A stretch of DNA of 64,000 nt from Octopus bimaculoides (taxonomy: Eukaryota), in NCBI RefSeq assembly GCF_001194135.2, contig NC_068995.1:32656122-32720121 (forward strand). Direction: 5' to 3'. Each line of letters begins with the position of its first letter. Within the stretch, counting starts at the first letter, position 1. The notes under the pieces were generated by a model. It saw only the letters and a list, made by a program, of their open reading frames with translations. It was not told the origin of the DNA and made no database searches. The position numbers were made by a program, and so were the translations under genes. This document shows, piece after piece, positions 60,921-64,000 of this stretch.

Positions 60921-63691
60921 TTGTATTTGTATTTATTACGTGTATACATACATGCATCATTTTACATCTGTCTTCCATGCAGGCAGGGGTTGGATAGTTT
61001 AACAGGACTCAACAAGTTAGATTGCACCTTGCTTCAATGTCTTGTGTTGGCAAGGTTTCTATGACTGGATACCCTTCCTAACATCATCCACATTATGGAG
61101 TGTGCTGTCTGCATTTTTCCATGGTACCAGCGCTATATATTTGAGGAGAGAGAATAATACATGTGTGCGCACACACACACACACGTCTTTGTTGATGCAT
61201 ATCAACATGCCAACAGCAAACCTGTACTTTTGAATAAAAATACCTTGTATGATATTTGTCCCTCACTGAATTGTATATGCACTCCCTTGTTATCCTCATT
61301 GCCAGAAATGCAATGAACCATATGATTATTCCATTGGAAAGCTGATATCAACAAATGTGATAAGTAATGAGTGGTTTCTAAGAATTAGATGATTTGCTGT
61401 TTCAATCAATTTTTATTTCTGTTGAAGGTAACCTATAGCAACTAATGATATTTTATGAAACCTGATTATGATGTGTAGTGTAGCAGTATGGCCTGGTTTC
61501 ATCGAGTTTATTGCAATACATTCATACCTGTTTTAAGTAAATTGTTTCTTACTTTAATTTTTTTGTCTTTTCTTTAAAGCATGGTTCTGATGCAGTATCT
61601 ATGAAAATAGCTGAAGAATATGTCGAAGCTTTCTCTCAACTTGCAAAGACTAGCAATACTGTTGTGGTCCCAGCAAATACTAATGATGTCTCTGGCATGG
61701 TGACACAGGTATAACTTTATAATACTACTCTTTGCTTTCTTGTAGCTTGGCTAAAATTAGCTAAGTTGGTAAGGAATGAGGAGAAGGATTAAAGTGAGGA
61801 AATTGGATTTTTTCCACTGTAAACAGCTATACCTCTTTCTTGACATTTGACGATCAAATAAAATTTGTATCATGCAACTTTACAAGAGAGGTGACTGCAA
61901 ACAATTGATTATTGTGAAGGCTGGTTTTCCTCTTGAATACGTGATGCTTGATTGATGGTTTAAAGTAGGTGCTTTAATCCTTCAGCTACTGATTATTTCT
62001 GTAGCCTAGTTTAGTATCAAATTTAAATCTTACCAACTTTTCTTCCAAATAAAACATATTACGAGATTCATTAATTACCTTAAAATTAATCTATGGCTAT
62101 ATCACACTGCAAATACCTGGTCTTATCTGATCACTGGTGTTAGGCACTAAGCCTAGTTAGTACCAGGGTGAATGACTACTTGCGAAACCTAGCTGTTGTA
62201 AATATGCTCTTGAAATCCAGGCAAGCTCAACATGATGGTGAAAATTACTTTTATTTGTAATTCACTTTGTATTAATCCTTTCGTTACCGTATTTCTGTTG
62301 ATATAGTGCGTTTTGTTTCAATTAATTTTGAAAATAATGAATTTAGTAAAATAACTTTTTCATTATTAAGTTTGTCTTAGGAACATACCTCAACATGAAA
62401 TTTTGAAGGAGAGGTTTAATTTAGATAACAAAGTTTATATCATAGAACCAAGGGCTGTCTCGGGTGGATTGGTATTATAACAGTGAATTACTACTTTTAT
62501 AATGGGCTGAGATTATCTTATTTATATGGGGATTATTCTCCCGAGTAGACTTTTCTAAGTCCATGTCAGTTTGTCACCAATTTATAATGGTGTGTTGGAT
62601 TATCTGGTTTAAAATATTTTTGACTTGGAAAAGATAATATGAATGTTTATTTAGTAGAAATCTATAGTGATAAACCTGTCACTTATAACTTAATTATAAG
62701 TATTATGGCTATACATAAATCTTAACTCAGGCTGCGTAAATGCCATGATGAATTATATACACCAAGACGCTGAAACGTACATGCATGTTGAAGAAAATAA
62801 GCTCGCTCTTTTTCACCACTATAATAACACTTACATAGTTGCAGAAATAAATTTCATTAACAAGTTGAAGACAATGAAGAAAGAGAAATTATTTACTAAA
62901 TTAGTTTATTTACTTTCATTTAATATTTACTGTACATTTATAAGTCAAAAGGAAACTGTCGTAGAGAATTATGACATAAAATTTATATTAACTAATTCTT
63001 CCATACGAAGCTACTAGAATTTTACACAACAATTCAAAATAAACTTGTTGAATTAAGTAATAGACATGGCATAACAATAGCCAGTATCTCAAAACAATGA
63101 GTGTTGTGGAAATGAGTGACAACCAACGAACACTGAGTGTGAGAGTCGATTGATAACCAATGATCACTGAGAGTGAGTATCATGGAGTCGAGTGACAGTC
63201 AATGATCACTGATTAATCTCCCAAAAATCAGGGTTTTTATAACTGCTCATACCTGAATTCTAAGAACCATATTTCGTGGAAAATTTCTCTTTGACAAAAG
63301 TTTAGAATTCAAATATGGGCAGTAATTTTAACAAATGGGAAACTAACAATTATACCAATTCGAACAACATGACCATTACGTCATATTACCGCCAATAAAG
63401 ATTTATTATGACTTGCTACAGTATAAAAAAAGGGTTCATATTAAAGAAATTAAGCTAAATAGTAATTAATCCAATATATTATTTAGGGCCATTCGTGACA
63501 TAGACGAAGATAGTTGTAAAAAAAATTATGCAAAATAGAAATATAAACATTGATGTTCATGTTTGTTTCTCTTATAGGCTCTCAGTATATACAAAGGCTT
63601 GGGGATTAATTCAAAAGCACCAGAACCTTCTAAAGAATCAAGTGAAATTCCTACACGGTTTAACAAAACTGGCTCTTTCAGTCCTCCTTGA
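28497..63691 (+). CDS. STOML2: Stomatin-like protein 2, mitochondrial (SPFH domain); complete, 11 coding exons, 1059 nt, 352 aa
   Basis: Exons 28497-28550, 42492-42632, 44246-44345, 50318-50376, 52588-52720, 53884-53940, 56039-56131, 57711-57809, 59506-59585, 61580-61708, 63578-63691 join in frame to TGA. Motifs: FVPQQEAW, YVQSLKEI, DNVTLQIDGVLYLR, ASYGVED..YAITQLAQTTMRSE, MQMQVEAERKKRA, INVAEG.KQ..ILASEA. Confidence 0.97.
29546..29830. mobile_element. MITE with perfect 25-bp TIRs, inserted in a Nin/Deu-type SINE; spans a 10-N gap
   Basis: GCATAACTACAGGGTTTTACCCCCC at 29546-29570 and its reverse complement at 29806-29830. Confidence 0.85.
31375..32830 (+). mobile_element. Decayed RTE-clade LINE fragment (linker + RT) in STOML2 intron 1
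   Basis: WKLKDP, GIIAEMFK, DLEKVFDRVPHSVIWRSL..LGVDEW and LFANDL motifs, with stops and frameshifts. Confidence 0.88.
33022..33226 (+). mobile_element. Nin/Deu-domain-type SINE with 16-bp TSD
   Basis: GCCTTTCATCTTTTCGGGGTCGATAAATTAAGTACCAG core; AATGTGTGGAAGAACT at 33006-33021 and 33227-33242. Confidence 0.88.
33291..33504. mobile_element. TTAA MITE family A copy
   Basis: TTAACCCT ... TGCTAAAGGGTTAA. Confidence 0.8.
34098..34394 (-). mobile_element. SINE family A copy, cut by a gap and nested in a family B SINE
   Basis: High identity to 5891-6277 in reverse orientation. Confidence 0.85.
38355..40550 (-). mobile_element. 5'-truncated RTE LINE with RT C-terminus, ~650-nt 3' UTR and (GAT)n tail; left end of the element runs into a gap
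   Basis: LVDEWLTRTVQIMY, FSVQV.HQ...LSTLLF and LHWYDHVIHIDENR motifs, followed by a pyrimidine-rich UTR and the common GGACGTTAAATGATGAT-type tail. Confidence 0.88.
40551..40563 (+). other. Illumina adapter remnant AGATCGGAAGAGC at a contig end
   Basis: Exact 13-mer, immediately followed by the N-gap 40564-40617. Confidence 0.95.
42492..42632 (+). CDS. STOML2: STOML2 exon 2 (VLNMVSR...FVPQQEAWIIERFGKYHKILEP)
   Basis: CAG acceptor, GT donor, 141 nt, strong similarity. Confidence 0.95.
44246..44345 (+). CDS. STOML2: STOML2 exon 3 (GLNFVLPVIDTIKYVQSLKEIAIDIPQQSAISI)
   Basis: TAG acceptor, GTAAGT donor, 100 nt. Confidence 0.97.
46320..46670 (+). mobile_element. RTE 3' end (ORF C-terminus + common tail)
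   Basis: VEG...GR..KT-like ORF end followed by the GGTGCCATGTAAAAAGCACCC...GGAAGGGCATCCAGCC tail. Confidence 0.7.
47029..47321. mobile_element. 293-bp MITE with GGGGCT termini and 8-bp TSD (Merlin-like)
   Basis: >40-bp TIRs GGGGCTAATGCAGTTTC(A/G)CACCTCTC...; AAATAACA at 47021-47028 and 47322-47329. Confidence 0.9.
49630..49845. mobile_element. TTAA MITE family A copy
   Basis: TTAACCCTTTAGCATT ... AATGCTAAGAGGTTAA. Confidence 0.8.
50318..50376 (+). CDS. STOML2: STOML2 exon 4 (DNVTLQIDGVLYLRVIDAYK)
   Basis: CAG acceptor, GTAAGG donor, 59 nt. Confidence 0.97.
50440..50646. mobile_element. TTAA MITE family B copy; other copies near 41930-42085, 43600-43752 and 62273-62485
   Basis: TTAACCCTT ... 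AAAAGGGTTA; shared core GAATTTAGTAAAATAACTTT...GGAACATA...ACATGAAATTTTGA. Confidence 0.65.
50722..51030 (+). mobile_element. RTE 3' end (EGTYGRGRPKKMWDEVV...)
   Basis: Recognisable RTE C-terminal motif followed by the partial tail; abuts the mariner. Confidence 0.75.
51035..52121 (-). mobile_element. Decayed mariner (Himar1/irritans-like) in STOML2 intron 4, 3'-truncated
   Basis: AGKVMASVSWDAKGIVFIDY, KRPRKLTKGVLFH and HPPCSLDLAPSD motifs; TIR-like end near 52090-52121. Confidence 0.9.
52165..52348. mobile_element. TTAA MITE family A copy
   Basis: TTAGCCCTCTAGCATT ... AATGCTGAAGGGTTAA. Confidence 0.75.
52588..52720 (+). CDS. STOML2: STOML2 exon 5 (ASYGVEDAEYAITQLAQTTMRSEIG...LNYAIV)
   Basis: CAG acceptor, GTAAGT donor, 133 nt. 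Confidence 0.97.
52783..53106 (-). mobile_element. SINE family A copy, 5'-truncated, with 13-bp TSD
   Basis: High identity to 5891-6277; CATGTT(A/G)CTCAAT at 52770-52782 and 53107-53119. Confidence 0.85.
53884..53940 (+). CDS. STOML2: STOML2 exon 6 (EAINKAAEAWGIDCLRYEI)
   Basis: CAG acceptor, GTAAGT donor, 57 nt. Confidence 0.97.
54075..54870 (+). mobile_element. RTE-1-type LINE 3' RT fragment (a different family from the other RTE copies)
   Basis: NHFKFTDDIVL and LPTITYASKTWT...LRSTQRAIERRML motifs. Confidence 0.8.
55075..55425 (-). mobile_element. Young RTE 3' end, same subfamily as 58576-59020
   Basis: Near-identical 3' tail and shared GGCACTGGCAACGATCTCGCTCGAA unit. Confidence 0.8.
56039..56131 (+). 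CDS. STOML2: STOML2 exon 7 (RDMKLPARIQEAMQMQVEAERKKRAAILESE)
   Basis: CAG acceptor, GTTTGG donor, 93 nt. Confidence 0.95.
56165..56510 (-). mobile_element. SINE family B (CORE/V-like CCTTGGGCAAGTGTCTTC, internal microsatellite); others near 3310-3480, 10187-10385, 15740-15895, 33917-34685, 37655-37960 and 42975-43185
   Basis: tRNA-like head GGCTGTGTGGTAA...GGTTCAGTCCCAC and shared 3' half ending GACTGAAACAAGTAA. Confidence 0.8.
57711..57809 (+). CDS. STOML2: STOML2 exon 8 (GIREADINVAEGNKQSIILASEANKLERINQAA)
   Basis: AAG acceptor, GTAAGA donor, 99 nt. Confidence 0.97.
57850..58079. mobile_element. TTAA MITE family A copy, 40 nt after the STOML2 exon 8 donor
   Basis: TTAACCCTGTAGCATT ... AATACTGAATGGTTAA. 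Confidence 0.75.
58576..59020 (-). mobile_element. Young 5'-truncated RTE 3' end with tandemly repeated 3' UTR and (GAT)n tail
   Basis: ORF end TDRDLWKCAVREKTRQAK*; ~70-bp unit duplicated; CpGs intact. Confidence 0.8.
59506..59585 (+). CDS. STOML2: STOML2 exon 9 (GEAEAIVKRAKAKSESILLISNAISEN)
   Basis: TAG acceptor, GTAAGT donor, 80 nt. Confidence 0.95.
60246..60582 (-). mobile_element. tRNA-derived CORE-type SINE (family C)
   Basis: Head GCATGGCTCAGAGGTTAG, TTGTGTTCTTGAGCAAGACAC core, CAGCTGTAGAAATGAG. Confidence 0.75.
61580..61708 (+). CDS. STOML2: STOML2 exon 10 (HGSDAVSMKIAEEYVEAFSQLAKTSNT...MVTQ)
   Basis: AAG acceptor, GTATAA donor, 129 nt. Confidence 0.95.
62089..62203 (+). pseudogene. 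Decayed 5S rRNA copy (pseudogene or SINE3-like head) in the last STOML2 intron
   Basis: Collinear with animal 5S over ~115 nt (CTATGGCTATATCAC, TCTGATCAC, GCCTAGTTAGTAC, GTTGTA), with many CpG-type transitions and a small deletion. Confidence 0.75.
63578..63691 (+). CDS. STOML2: STOML2 last coding exon (ALSIYKGLG...FSPP*)
   Basis: TAG acceptor; ALSIY resembles AMGVY; TGA at 63689-63691. Confidence 0.9.
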   Translation, partial: ALSIYKGLGINSKAPEPSKESSEIPTRFNKTGSFSPP

Positions 63692-63765
63692 AGTTGATGT
63701 GAGTCTAGATTACGGCTCCCAGAGGATATACATCTTTTAGTGTCTTTAGTGTCATTCCTGGACAA

Positions 63766-63771
63766 AATAAA
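63766..63771 (+). promoter_or_regulatory. Candidate polyadenylation signal AATAAA in the STOML2 3' UTR
   Basis: First AATAAA, about 75 nt after the stop codon; the hexamer is common in AT-rich DNA. Confidence 0.3.
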
Positions 63772-64000
63772 ATCATTACATCGAGAGGACTTTTTCCACA
63801 TTGTTAATGTTTGCCTGACACAAACATCTATTACTTTCAGAGGATTATGGATTCCAAACACAATTTGCTTTACAAGATTTATAACTTGAATTTTTCATTT
63901 GTTTGTACATTTGTCTATGACGAAACACTTCTTTCTGTAGTATGGTGAATTGTTAAAAAGTTACTTGAATATTCATTGGTAAAAAGAAAATTTAAAAAAA

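Noticed and set aside
1-64000. A novel multi-gene or defence-type system, snoRNAs, U12 introns
   Set aside because: Only two conserved housekeeping genes plus TEs are supported. I saw no convincing C/D or H/ACA box pairs outside repeats, and no used donor matches the U12 consensus.

Overview
Eukaryotic, AT-rich, repeat-dense genomic DNA. The repeat families look like those of an octopus/coleoid cephalopod (inference), from a short-read assembly with four N-gaps. Two intron-rich housekeeping genes lie head-to-head. On the minus strand is the 5' part of NBAS (12 coding exons, 404 codons, continuing off the left edge). On the plus strand is a complete STOML2 (stomatin-like protein 2; 11 coding exons, 352 aa, ATG 28497 to TGA 63691). 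All exons were rebuilt by hand from splice sites and reading-frame phase. Most ORFs in the supplied track are spurious or belong to decayed transposons. Introns and the 6.9-kb intergenic spacer hold three decayed mariner elements, several RTE LINE fragments, an L2/CR1 remnant, at least four tRNA-type SINE families, several MITE families and a decayed 5S rRNA copy. I found no convincing new multi-gene system. The best leads are: a phase-enforced GC-AG intron in NBAS; a Merlin-like MITE with a perfect 8-bp TSD; two orphan TATA-type promoter signatures in the intergenic spacer; a possible upstream in-frame NBAS exon; long intronic inverted repeats (candidate ADAR substrates); nested TE insertions with intact TSDs; and two assembly artefacts (an Illumina adapter at a contig end and a duplication flanking a gap).
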